From Macrostomum lignano (taxonomy: Eukaryota), in the NCBI GenBank assembly GCA_002269645.1, contig NIVC01000384.1, positions 372,001-436,000 of the forward strand: a DNA stretch of 64,000 bases. The letters are read 5' to 3'. Below the pieces are notes generated by a model. It did not search any database. It saw only the letters and a program-made list of their open reading frames with translations, and was not told the origin of the DNA. Shown in pieces: positions 26,877 through 40,579 of the stretch. Position 1 is the first letter of the stretch. Every line of letters starts with the position of its first letter. The translations under genes were made by a program, and so were the position numbers.

Positions 26877-27463
26877 CTATTCCATGTCACCGCCGTCTGG
26901 CGTTCTTCCTGACTCACAAATTATACAACCAACAACTCACTTGGCTTCTCGATATTTCATTTCCTCTCGTTAATGCCTTTACTCATATTCCCAACAGCTC
27001 AGATCTGTGGCAGACAACTTCGCAATCAATAATGTCTGTGTATAATCAGCTCACGTTAACTTCATTTGGACAATGCACACTGACTCAGGCTATGCAGATC
27101 CCGGCTTTCCGATTGAGGTGTCAAAACCTTCCTCACATGCAGGTTGATCCGAAATCTCTAAATCTCCATTTCTTGCCGGATTTTACCCCCAAGAATTAGC
27201 TAATCCGACAGGCTCTGCGGCCTATTGTGTGCCCCAGTGCGATCTGGAAGTGTGAACACCTTGCAAGGACTGCCTGAGAATAAACAAAGGCGGCCATGAT
27301 TCTAAAAGCCGCTTAGCACCTCGTCTGGCAACAGTCGCAAACTTATTTACTATGAAAGGGATTAATGAATGAAGCTTGTTGGCTCAACTGCGTGGCTTGA
27401 ATTCAGTGTTAACCTGGTTTGCGAGCGAGTTCGGCGTGACTAAACCCAATGGCAGTGACTCCA

Positions 27464-28097
<634 letters not shown>

Positions 28098-28888
28098 CAC
28101 AGACGCACAGACAGATCACCCAGTCAGACAGCTGCTGGCAGCTGCCCCATAATTCAAATTAGCCTCGTTAGTCCCTCAGCAAAGCTAGCGAGTGTCGCTG
28201 CCCCTCAGCTTTTAGCTTCGCAACGGCTGGCTGCATCAGTTTGAGCAGTTCTCTGCCGGGAGCCATGAGCAAAATGCTGCATAGGAGAAATATTCGTCAT
28301 TCGCGAAAACGTGTCGAAATCCCATAGCGATGCTTTTCTCCCTTTCCCGTCACTCCCCCATATCGACTCGAGCCGGACTCGCACACTTTCTCCCCAAACA
28401 AAAAATCCCGAAGCCTCTTTTAGAAGAAGAAAACGACTTTTATGTCTCAGTTGCCTCGCTCCCCCACCCTCCCCCCTCCCCTAGAGATACGTGAGGATGA
28501 CAGCACGCGAGAAAATGCATGTGTCCATATGTCCGCCTCGCCATTCGCTACACTTAGCTCTGATTGATCCGTCTTATCTGTTGCTGTGGTGGGGGGTTAG
28601 CGGTCCTGCCAGTCGTTATGGCGGTGCATGCATACGAGATTCATATTTTTTAGCCGGGGCTTCAGGGGGATTCGCTGCGTTGTTTTTTTTCTTGTCCCCC
28701 AAAAAAAGAGAAATAACAGATCGATTCTCACGACTCACGAATCATTTGCATGAATTAATCTGACTGACTTTTTGGATTGAGGGAGTGGGGGCTTTCCAGG
28801 GGTAATGGGGAGCTGCCGATTGTTGCTAGCTAGTGAGTGGCGACAGCTCAGTGCCTGTGAAGTGTGCCGGTCAATATTGCAACTTATG

Positions 28889-29325
28889 GTGTCTGTCTTA
28901 GCGTCTGTCTTAGTGTCTGTCTTAGTGTCTGTCTTAGTGTCTGTCCTAGTGTCTGTCTTAGCGTCTGTCTTAGCGTCTGTCTTAGTGTCTGTCTTAGTGT
29001 CTGTCTTAGTGTCTGTCCTAGTGTCTGTCTTAGCGTCTGTCTTAGTGTCTGTCTTAGTGTCTGTCCTAGTGTCTGTCTTAGCGTCTGTCTTAGTGTCTGT
29101 CTTAGTGTCTGTCCTAGTGTCTGTCTTAGCGTCTGTCTTAGTGTCTGTCTTAGTGTCTGTCTTAGTGTCTGTCCTAGTGTCTGTCTTAGCGTCTGTCTTA
29201 GTGTCTGTCTTAGTGTCTGTCTTAGTGTCTGTCTTAGTGTCTGTCTGTCTGTCTGTCTGTCTTAGTGTCTGTCTTAGTGTCTGTCTTAGTGTCTGTCTGT
29301 CTGTCTGTCTGTCTGTGTGTCTGTC
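28889..29325. repeat. 12-bp repeat (GTCTGTCTTAGT)n grading into (GTCT)n
   Basis: Seen directly. Confidence 0.95.
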
Positions 29326-29528
29326 TGTCCGCCAATGCCCCCAAAAAATCGCAAGTTAAACTCTCAAAGCCGCTCTGCTGGCACGACTTCCTTCATGGCT
29401 CCACTCAGGTCGCTCCGCATAAGCCATTGATTTGCATTTAGCTGCCCAAGTGGTCCCCCGTATCACCCAGCCTGGAATAGCCACTTCTGGAGTTGGGAAC
29501 TGCATGGACCTCGGGCTAGCAATTGCCT

Positions 29529-29531
<3 letters not shown>

Positions 29532-29607
<76 letters not shown>
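29532..29607. repeat. (CT)n microsatellite
   Basis: Seen directly. Confidence 0.95.
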
Positions 29608-29610
<3 letters not shown>

Positions 29611-30614
29611 ACTCTCCCTCTCAAAACGGGGAGAGCAAAGAACCCCATTGAATCCATGCTAGAATTCAGTATCATACGGTATATAGTCGCGGGTTATCAT
29701 GAGGGAGCAGTCAGTCAGTCACTCTGAAACACTTCAATGCAACTCTTTCATAGTTCGAAACGAAAAAAAACTGACTATGAGCTGTTGCAGACCTAACAGC
29801 CCAGGGACATGAGAAGTGTAGGGTATTGAATTTCAACCTGGGCCATTGTGCGGAGATGACGATCCATTTTTTCTTGCTATTCAACTGAAACGGCGCACGC
29901 TAGTTATTTATTAACAGGTTATTGGAGCCCAGCTTTGTCTATTGCTGCGCGCGTTGTGTGAGCAAAGATGTTCTGCCTCATTGATTTTTCACCGTATTGC
30001 TGGCTACAGGGGGGGGGGTTGTCTGGCCTGTGCCTGCCTGTCACTCAATCAGACACCTTGCTGCCTAGCTGGCGCCACATCCCGGTTGCTGCACACGGTG
30101 GTTGATAACCACAACTGAGTCTCCAATCCACCGGTTCCAATTCACTGGACTGTTTAGGCCAGGGAGATCTGATTATAGAATGTGGACTGCTAACTCTATA
30201 GATAAATAAATAGGAAAGCTGTGGGCATCCTGGAGCAGTTCTCGGTTCATTCCTCTCATACACACGCTCACACAGGGTGTACACCTTGTACAACCCTGAA
30301 AGATTGGCCCTGATGTGTGTGGATCGCAGGACATCCAGTCGGACATTAATGTGTGCTCACCGAAGTAACACACTGTTATTATTATCGTTATTTTATCATC
30401 AAAATGAAAATGAGCATTTTCAGTGAAGAAGTGTTTTCTACTCCAGGGTTTGGTTTGAATTCTCCTTGACAGAGGCCGGGTGTGCTCCAGTGGTTTCGCA
30501 ACGGGTATAACTGAGGCGGCAGCCCAACCATCTTCCCTCGTTTCTTTCCCAAATTATCTCAATATCCATCGAGTTATAGAGTTTTAGACTAAACGAATAT
30601 GAGTATATATTCAT

Positions 30615-31205
30615 ATAGAATAGAATGCAATAGAACAGAGTAGAAGAGAATAGATTAGAATAGAATATAATAGAACAGAATAGAATAGAATATAATATAA
30701 TAGAACAGAATAGAGTAGAACAGAATAGAACAGAATAGAATAGAATAGAACAGAACAGAAATGAACAGAATAGAATAGAATAGAACAGAATAGAATAGAA
30801 TAGAATAGAATAGAATAGAATAGAATAGAATAGAATAGAATAGAACAGAATAGAATAGAATAGAATAGAATAGAATAGAATAGAATAGAATAGAATAGAA
30901 TAGAATAGAATAGAATAGAATAGAATATAATAGAATAGAATAGAGTAGAACAGAATAGAACAGAATAGAATAGAGTAGAATAGAATAGAATAGAATAGAA
31001 TAGAATAGAATAGAATAGAATAGAATAGAATAGAATAGAATAGAATAGAATAGAATAGAATAGAATAGAATAGAATAGAATAGAATAGAATAGAATAGAA
31101 TAGAATAGAATAGAATAGAATAGAATAGAATAGAATAGAATAGAATAGAATAGAATAGAATAGAATAGAATAGAATAGAATAGAATAGAATAGAATATAA
31201 TAGAA
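30615..31205. repeat. (AATAG)n pentanucleotide microsatellite
   Basis: Seen directly. Confidence 0.97.
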
Positions 31206-31593
31206 CTTCCACTCTACGGTAAATTCTATCACCGGAACTCCTTGACAGCAGCTACCTATATTTTTGCGATTACTCACTCCCTTCATTTGCTTATCCCTCT
31301 CTTCCCCCGCGAAGGAATCCCGAAAATGTTAACCGAAACAGATGTCGCAACTCGATGGAACAGCCACGCTTGAAAAACTGATTAAACACGAAACGACGGG
31401 GGGGGGGGGTAAGGGGAGGAATTCCCGGCCAACTCAAACCCTGAGAATGCTTGACTTCTTACACAGTTTTTCTATACTAGTTTTCCAGACTCCGGATCCC
31501 TGGTACTTGAATCATTCTTAGCTATTGTACCTTATTGGGAAGCAAAGCTTTATCTTCTTCAGGAGATTTACTTTCAATCTAGACGGGAAATGT

Positions 31594-31945
31594 TCTGCCC
31601 CCCTCTGCCTCCTCTGCCCCCTCTGCCACTTCTGCCCCCTCTGCCCCCTCTGCCCCCTCTGCCCCCTCTGTTCTCTCTGCTACTTCTGCCCCCTCTGCCT
31701 CCTCTGCCCCTCTGTTCTCTCTGCCACTTCTGCCCCCTCTTCCCCCTCTTCCCCCTCTTCCCCCCCTCCCCCTGCCCCCTCTGCCCCCTCTTCCCCCTCT
31801 GCCCCCTCTTCCCCTCTGCCCCCTGCCCCATCTGCCCCCTCTGCCCCCTCTGCCCCCTCTGCCCTCTCTGTTCTCTCTGCCACTTCTCCCCCCTCTGCCC
31901 CTCTGCCCCCTCTGCCCCCTCTGCCCCCTCTGCCCCCTCTCTCCT
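31594..31945. repeat. (CTCTGCCCC)n pyrimidine-rich 9-bp repeat just upstream of the protocadherin start
   Basis: Seen directly. Confidence 0.9.
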
Positions 31946-32061
31946 TCTCGCACATCTGTGCTCACCTGCAGCTTATAGACAAAGTCATCCCCAGCAGCCT
32001 TCTCGACCCCAGCTAAGAGCAGCCCCGCCGCCATGACGAAACCCCGCAGAGATCCAGGGAG

Positions 32062-35000
32062 ATGAAGCAGTTCTGCCCGGCTGCACTTCTGCTTCTGACA
32101 GTCGCCACCGCTGCCGCCAATGTGGCAGCCGCATCACCCGGAGGCGACGCCATCGCTCAGCCAATCGACTTGGCCGACGACACCCCGGCGGGAGCCTGGC
32201 TGGCCGACCTCCGCCGGGTCCTCCGCTTGGACGCGGCCTCGGCGGCAACTCTGAGCATCCTGAATCCCAAACACGATGTTGTCAGCAGCCTGGCGATCAA
32301 TGCGACAGCCGGCTACCTGTTCGCTCAGCGGGCCATCGACCGGGACGACCTGTGCCGCGGTGACTCCTCGGCTGGACGGGCCTGCTGTCAACCCGACGCC
32401 ACCGACGCTCCCTGCGAGGTCCAACTGCAGCTGTCGTACAGCAGCGGCAACGGGGAAGTCGGCAACTCTCCGCACTGCGACTTCGACTAACCGACGCAAA
32501 CGACAACGCGCCAACGTTCAAGCAGAAGTCGACAACTCTGCGCGTAGCCGAAGGTCCGCTGCCGTCGGTTGGTCAGCCGACCTCGATTTCCGGAGCAGGA
32601 GGCGTCTTCCAGGCGTCGGACCCGGATCAGGGCGCCAACGGGTCGATCGCTTACCGCCTGGTGCCAGTCGACCCGGCCACTGGCGAGGTCGATGAGACCG
32701 CGTTGATGCCGTTCCGTCTTGACCAGAGCGACCGGAACCGGCTGACGCTGCTGGTGACAGGCGAGCTGGACAGAGAGAAGCAGCCGGCCTACAAGATGCG
32801 CCTCCTGGCCATCGACGGTGGACGGCCGGCGCTCACGGGGACTCTCAGCATCACGGTTGAAATTCAGGACATCAATGACGAATCGCCAGTGTTCAATCAG
32901 ATTGAATATTCGGCCAGGCTGAGCGAGGATGCAGCGATCGGGACTGAGGTGAGCCGGGAGATGCTTGACAGGCCAGTGGATACAGCTGGTACTGTCTTTA
33001 AGCAATTGAAGAACACTTTTGATTAGAAAGTAGAGACAAAAGTTAATAAGATGCTAATGCTGTTAGACGGGACTTGTACTGAGCCAAAGACACAGTTAGT
33101 GCTACGCTAAAGACACTTTACTGAGCCAAAGACACAGTTAGTGCTACGCTAAAGACACTTTACTGAGCCAAAGACACAGTTAGTGCTACGCTAAAGACAC
33201 TTTACTGAGCCAAAGACACAGTTAGTGCGACGCTAAAGACACATTACTGAGCCAAAGACACAGTTAGTGCTACGCTAAAGACACATTACTGAGCCAAAGA
33301 CACAGTTAGTGCTACGCTAAAGACACATTACTGAGCCAAAGACACAATTATTGCAACGCTAAAGACACATCAAACCGATTGCAAACCGATGTCATCAATA
33401 ATTACCTGCGATTACCAAAACGAATGCAACGCCAAATCGCAGGTGGCCAGAGTTCGAGCAACCGACAACGACGCCGGCCCTAATGGCGATGTTCACTACA
33501 GCCTGAGCCACGGCTCCGCCCAGTTCATCATTCGCTCCCATGACGGCGCAGGCATCGTCACTCTGCGCTCGAAGCTGGATGCCGAGACGCTGACTCATAT
33601 TGTGGTGTACATCGTCGCCAAGGACCGTGGCTACCCGCCAAAGACGTCCGAAGCCAAATTGACCGTCACCGTCGATGACGTTAACGACGAGAAGCCGCAA
33701 ATCGAGATCTTCTACCTGAACCCGGACTCAACGGCGCCTAGGGGCAGCCGCGGCCTGCTCAACGAGAATGCCAACTCCGAGAACGTCGCCAAAGCCGAGG
33801 TTACTGATCGAGACTCCGGCTCTGGCGGCCGCGTCTCCTGCGACGCCGACAACGAGAGCTTCACACTCGTGCCGCTGCACTTGTCCGACGCGGCCGGGGC
33901 AGCTTCGACATCTTCCAGAGCGACGTCCGTCGGCGCCGTCAATCGTCGAGAATTTCTGATCCGATCTCGGGCGCCGTTAGATCGCGAAGCTTCCGACAGT
34001 CTGCAGTTCAACATCGTCTGCTCGGACGATGGCCGGCCTGTCCGGCTGACGGGCTCTGCCGCTGTCCGGCTCCGCCTGGTGGACGTCAACGACAATCCGC
34101 CAGTGTTTGACAGGCGGTCCGGCTACGACTTCCAGCTGTTGGAGAACGAGCCGTCAAGGCGGGGAGGCCGACAACTAGTCGGAATCGTGACGGCGAGCGA
34201 CAAAGATGAGGGCGAGAACGCCAGGCTGGTGTACAGCATCGAGCAGGACCCCAGCGGGGCCTTTCAGATCGACAACGCCACCGGCCAGCTGTTCGCGGTG
34301 CATCCGTTGGACAGGGAGAAGCTGGCCGCTGAGCGACAGCCGGCTCAGGTGAGGCTTGACCTGTGCGATCCCCGCTGCGAATTCACCTGTAAGCTCGTAA
34401 AATCCCCGAACCCGAACTTCTCCTACCCCAAGGTGCTGCTCCGCGTCTCGGCTGCGGATTCGAACCCGAGTCACCCGCGGGCCATCACCGACGTTCGCGT
34501 CATCGTTTTGGACCGCAACGACTGCCCGCCAAGATTCGTCACCAATAATCGCAGACCAGACGGTGTCGTTGGAATCAGTGGCGGCGCCGATTACGAGTTC
34601 AGCGTCGAGGAGACCGCCGGCTCCGGCGCCAATGGCGGGCCGTCGTCGACTGTTGTTGGCGCGGTTCGAGCCGAGGACGAGGACGAGCCCGGGCGGATCG
34701 AGTACGCCATGGAGACCACGGGGCTGGATCCGGACACGGCGAACAGCTTCCGGGTCGACCCGAATACCGGACAGGTAGGGGAGGGAGGCAAAGCAAAAAC
34801 GAGGACCAACCCCCCAAGGCACAGAGACTGTACATGTCTGACGATTAGAACGTCAGGGCCGCTGTACACCCTGTGTGAGCGTGTGTGTGAGTTGCGACGT
34901 CACGGAAGGCGTGTCCGCAGCCTTCCGGTAAATAGTTTCTATAAATATGCTTTCTGAACTGCAGGTCCGGGCCATCCGTCAGCTGGACCGGGAGGCCAGA

Positions 35001-35835
35001 GCCATCTACGTGTTCACCGTGACCGCCAGAGACTCCCCGAGGCTTAACAGCGGCGACCCTCAGCTGACCGGCTCCGCCACCGTCACAGTCCACGTGCTGG
35101 ACGTTAACGACTGCTCCCCAGAGTTTATCGTTCCCAAGACCTCCGGCGAGTCCGTCAGCGTGGCCGACAACGCCAAGGCTGGCTACACGGTTACCACTGT
35201 AAAAGCCAGGGACGCCGATCTGAACAAGAACGGCGAGGTGACGTACACCATCCTGCCGGACTCCAGTGGCTCCGGCGCCGGCCGCGGCCTGTTCAAAATG
35301 GACCGCACGGGCGTACTCTTCATGGACCGCTCGCTGACGCCTCGGGACGCCCGGCCGGAGCCCTACGAGCTCATTGTGGAGGCCGCCGACCAGGGCAAGC
35401 CCAGCTTGAGAACGAGAACCACCCTGCGGGTCTTTGTTGTCCCCGCCGACTCGGTGGGTGTCGGCGGCGACGGTGGCGACGGCAGCAAGTCGGCCGGGGA
35501 GGCGGCCGGGGAGCGGCGCGGAGGCAAAACCGGCGGCGACTTCGGCAACGGCCTCGGACAGCAGCGCACGCGAACGACCATCGTGCTGGGCCTCGTCGTG
35601 TTCTTTTTTCTGCTGCTCATCGTTGTCACCTTTGCCGTGCTCATCCTGCTCAGGCCGTGTCGAAGGGGCGGCGCCAGCGGAGGCGGAGGCAGCGGCATAG
35701 GCGGCGGTAGGCCAGACCCCGCAGGTGAAGCAGTCAGCGGAGGCAGCGACCTCGGGGACTTTGGCAGCGGAGCAGGAATTCGCGACTTCAAAACCGTGCG
35801 AGGCTACCTGGTGGCCGGAAATGGAAAGTCTGGAG
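32062..35835 (+). CDS. Protocadherin (signal peptide, 7 EC repeats, TM), with an apparent 1-nt frameshift at 32452-32455
   Basis: Signal peptide MKQFCPAALLLLTVATAAA. EC1 has AIDRDDLC. Linkers: DANDNAPTF, DINDESPVF, DVNDEKPQI, DVNDNPPVF, DRNDCPPRF, DVNDCSPEF. TM is IVLGLVVFFFLLLIVVTFAVLILL. Exons 32062-32948, 33443-34348, 34433-34774 and 34965-35835 are GT-AG with consistent phases. Confidence 0.92.
33078..33370. repeat. 42-bp minisatellite in protocadherin intron 1
   Basis: (ACTGAGCCAAAGACACAGTTAGTGCTACGCTAAAGACACTTT)n, about 7 copies. Confidence 0.93.
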
Positions 35836-35854
35836 GTGAGAAGTTCTTACATTT

Positions 35855-36244
<390 letters not shown>

Positions 36245-37100
36245 GGATTCCTGTCGAATAATCTGTACCATAGTTATGTTTCGACAAGCAGAATTTTAAG
36301 AATCTGAGGGCAGCTCATCGGGCAGAAGAGCTCAAAGGAGTGCAGATGTTGCAATTCACGCTGGATAATCTTGTTCGGCATTGATAAGTCCATTTCGCAG
36401 TCAGTCTGTCTTTTTAATCCCCCCACGACCATATTTTTAATCCCAATCCTCATTTTTCTGATAAAAAAAGTGTAGCTCCACCATAACATGAGCCGCGCTT
36501 CTGCCCGTCCGGGCCATTAAAACTCGGTCTGCAGATGTTAGTTATTAGAATGGCACGCGAGGCGCCCCCCCCCCCGCTGAGAGCAGCCATGGCTGCTGGG
36601 GTTGATTGCGCCACCCAGGTCAGTCCCAGGCTTACATTTATATTTATTAAACAGGCCGAACCTCCAGGCTATCCCAGCGGCCCATCTGGCTTGAAAGTCT
36701 AGCTAGCAGGCAGGGCTGGGGGAATATGATGTGTTGGTTATGAGGCAAATGGGGAATTGAAGAGGAGTTTACTAAAAAGCAAAAGATGGCCAGCGCCATT
36801 CGGCCGCCTCAGCTACGGCCCTCCAACCGGCATATTTTGACAGCCGGGGGAGGGGACGACTGAATTCGGTCGCTCTCTCAGCTTTCCAATGATAATTATG
36901 TCTATAAGCTAAACCGCGTGCGCTGGCAAGGAACGGAATAAAAAAAGAAGAAAATGATAAGACATTGGGGAATTTCTAAACTCCCTTGTTATCTTAACAG
37001 GTTTGTGTACCTCCCAAATGCTGCATCAAGTTTTTTACCGTCAGTGGAACCCTTGTCTTCTGGTAGATGTTCAACGGTTGGGCCAGATGTGCAACCGACA

Positions 37101-38125
37101 GCTACAACCCCCCTCACTAGGCTACAACCCCCTCACTAGGCTACAACCCCCCTCACTAGGCTACAACCCCCCTCAGTAGGCTACAACCCCCCTCATAGGC
37201 TACAACCCCCTCACTAGGCTACAACCCCCCTCAGTAGGCTACAACCCCCCTCACTAGGCTACAACCCCCTCACTAGGCTACAACCCCCTCAGTAGGCTAC
37301 AACCCCCCTCACTAGGCTACAACCCCCTCACTAGGCTACAACCCCCCTCAGTAGGCTACAACCCCCCTCACTAGGCTACAACCCCCCTCACTAGGCTACA
37401 ACCCTCCCTCACTAGGCTACAACCCTCCCTCACTAAGCTACAACCCCCCTCACTAGGCTACAACCCCCCTCATAGGCTACAACCCCCCTCAGTAGGCTAC
37501 AACCCCCCTCAGTAGGCTACAACCCCCTCAGTAGGCTACAACCCCCCTCAGTAGGCTACAACCCCCCTCAGTAGGCTACAACCCCCCTCAGTAGGCTACA
37601 ACCCCCCTCACTAGGCTACAACCCCCCTCACTAGGCTAACAACCCCCCTCACTAGGCTACAACCCCCTCACTAGGCTACAACCCCCTCATTAGGCTAACA
37701 ACCCCCTCAGTAGGCTACAACCCCCCTCACTAGGCTACAATCCCCCTCACTAGGCTACAACCCTCCCTCACTAGGCTACAACCCTCCCTCACTAAGCTAC
37801 AACCCCCCTCACTAGGCTACAACCCCCCTCAGTAGGCTACAACCCCCCTCAGTAGGCTACAACCCCCTCAGTAGGCTACAACCCCCCTCAGTAGGCTACA
37901 ACCCCCCTCATAGGCTACAACCCCCTCACTAGGCTAAAACCCCCCTCACTAGGCTACAACCCTCCCTCAGTAGGCTACAACCCTCCCTCACTAAGCTACA
38001 ACCCCCCTCACTAGGCTACAACCCCCCTCACTAGGCTAAAACCCCCCTCACTAGGCTACAACCCCCTCACTAGGCTACAACCCCCTCAGTAGGCTACAAA
38101 CCTCCTCACTAGACTACAACTCCCC
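37101..38125. repeat. About 20-bp minisatellite (GGCTACAACCCCCCTCACTA)n
   Basis: Tandem array. Confidence 0.95.
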
Positions 38126-39779
38126 GTTAGCATTGAAGAAATGATTAAGAAACAATCGGGTGTCTTTGTCCTCTCCCTTCCTATGATGCACCTGTCAAAA
38201 GCAAAGCAAGGTACAAAAGGACAAGACGTCAGTCATAGAAAACTGATAAGACTGCTTGGGGCCGCCTTGTCCACGCTAGTCATCAGCTCATTAGGCTAGT
38301 CGAGTTAAAAACACAGCCGCCACGCCTGACAAGTTCCACTGGGCCAACTGCATGCCTGTCATTGCAAAACCATCACTGGGTCAACCAGCACCATCGCCGG
38401 AAAGATAACTGGGGAAAAAATCCCATCTAGAAAGTGGGCAGAATATTGGGGAGCCGGCCGTCTTCCCACTGTCTAATGAGGCCCCTAATTGAACCTGGCA
38501 ACTGCTGGGCCTCGGCGCTATTTTAGACAAACCTGTCACAGCTTCTTCTTCTACTTTTCTACCCGATACTTCCGTCGTATCCCCCAGCTAGGAATTCTGG
38601 AATCTGGTCTCTCAGCAACAGCATAGGAATTCTCCCATGCCCAGATCGCCAAGTAAGTCTCACTTTCCTGGGAACTGCAGCAGCTTCTGATTAGCAATCA
38701 TCATCAGATTAACCTAAGCGAAACATTGTCTCATAGAAATACTTCAATTGGGTCCTTTATCAGCAAGTCGAAAGACAGTTGACCCGCAGCCAGTTGCAGG
38801 CAAGCGGTCATGAAATTCGAATTGAATCCCGAGCTACCACACCTCCCTATCTCCTCTTGAGCCCCTGGCACTCAATGCTTCCCCTCCAATCTCGATATCT
38901 ATAGCTCAAATTTGCCCGACAATTTTGTACATCCTGCATGCATTTCATTATATTTTTAGAACCGGCAACTCTGATACGCGGCAGCATCGACGGAGCGTCA
39001 CCACCCGAGGTGAGATTCACCGCCGAGGTTAAATTCTCCAATTTAGCACAGTTTCCTTCCTGGCTCAATCTGTCAGCTTCATCGGTTTTTACTGAGCTTC
39101 ATATTAAAATATCGTTTCCTGCAGTGGCATCCCATTCAATCTCTTTCCCTTCCCTGTCAGAGTCGATGCCGAGAACTGAGAGGATGGAAGGTTATATAAA
39201 GACTGTTCGTGACTGTGCAGCATAGGAAACACTGTGGCAGCCATAGTCTCAGCGAAGTGTCAGGCGGAGGGCGGAGACGGCGGGGAGGGCTGGATGGAGG
39301 CTTCATACTTGATTATTTCATTAGCTGAAAGGGGGCGAAGCAGATATGGCTATAGAGGAATGAGAGAGTTTGAGTTGCCCGGCCCCGGTCATGGGCGAAT
39401 GACGACGGTGTGAAGGGGGATTGTCTTCCATAACGAGAGTGCTATTAGTCAGGCCGGATAGGTTCAACCCCTTTACCCCTCTGTTTTGCGCAAGTAATAT
39501 TAATAAATAATAATAATTATATATAGTAATAATAACAGATAGCCAGGAGGGCGATAATGCTTTCTGGGCCAAATTCTTCAATCTGTAGTTCACCTGATTT
39601 AAACACCGTTATATACAAAACGCAAATGCATTTCAGCTCTACAATCTGCTGACAACAAATAGGCAGCCTGCGGTTGGTGCACTGGAGCCAGCTGAAAGCA
39701 GTGAGTGAAATTGCAATTTATAGCGATGGCTATTGCCTAAACGCACACTAATTGGTAATCTAAAACAACACTTGGCGCC

Positions 39780-39962
39780 AGCACCAAGGGGCTTTAGCAC
39801 CAATGATTTTTAGGGGCTTTAGGGGCTTTAGCACCAATGACTTTAGCACCAAGGGGCTTTAGCACCAAGGGGCACCAGCACCAAGGGGCACCAGCACCAA
39901 GGGGCACCAGCACCAAGGGGCACCAGCACCAAGGGGCACCAGCACCAAAGGGGCGCCAGCAG
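39780..39962. repeat. Inverted short relative of the 16-bp GGTGCTAAAGCCCCTT satellite
   Basis: AAGGGGCTTTAGCACC units, the reverse complement of the 22.2-26.0 kb unit, grading into CAAGGGGCACCAGCAC. Confidence 0.85.
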
Positions 39963-40193
39963 CAAGAGGCGCTAAAGTAGTTGCTGCGGATCTGCAAAAA
40001 TCGGGAAAGGAGCGCCAATTCTGCTTGCAAAGGGGGTTTGCTATACGCCCCTGACCCACTGGGGGCTCTCTGCGGATGCAGTATTGTTAATTTAAAAGGC
40101 ATCAAAAATACATAACATTCAGCCTCTCATCTAGTCGACTGACTCCACTGCATCTATCACACAGCACTACTCCTGCACTTACCCGTTTCTCAG

Positions 40194-40579
40194 CTCCGAT
40201 GTCAGTCGTGAGCTCCATGCCAGCAGCTCGCCTGTCCGACTATCAATCGCTGAGGCCGGCCACGGCTTCGGGCACCGGTCGGAGAAGAAAGCCGCCAGCG
40301 CAACAACAACAACAACAGCAGCAGCAGCAGCATCCGGTACCTGATGGGCAGTCGCCTGTGTACTATCAAGCAGGCAGTCCGCAAGGTAACGGCCCATTCG
40401 GAACCACTCGTGGCTTCGAGCAGCGAACAAATTCTGCCGGCTTGCGAACTGCTGCAGCAGCTGCGGGCGCCACGACGACGACGCAACAAATCGGCAGCAC
40501 CAAAAGTCAACCAGTGACACCCATGGATCGGCGAAAATTCTCCGCATTCAATCCTTATGCCGATGCGAGCTTCGTCTGA
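40194..40579 (+). CDS. Probable terminal cytoplasmic exon of the protocadherin
   Basis: Acceptor TTTCTCAG at 40193 has phase 1, matching the donor G|GTGAGA at 35835/35836. Low-complexity poly-Q/A tail ending YADASFV*. Intervening exons are not excluded. Confidence 0.6.

Noticed and set aside
36954-37139. Next protocadherin exon at the acceptor near 37000
   Set aside because: It runs straight into a minisatellite with no convincing donor. The 40194 exon is a better candidate.
38847-39593. Short ORFs in the protocadherin 3' intron
   Set aside because: No domain motifs or clear splice-phase support.
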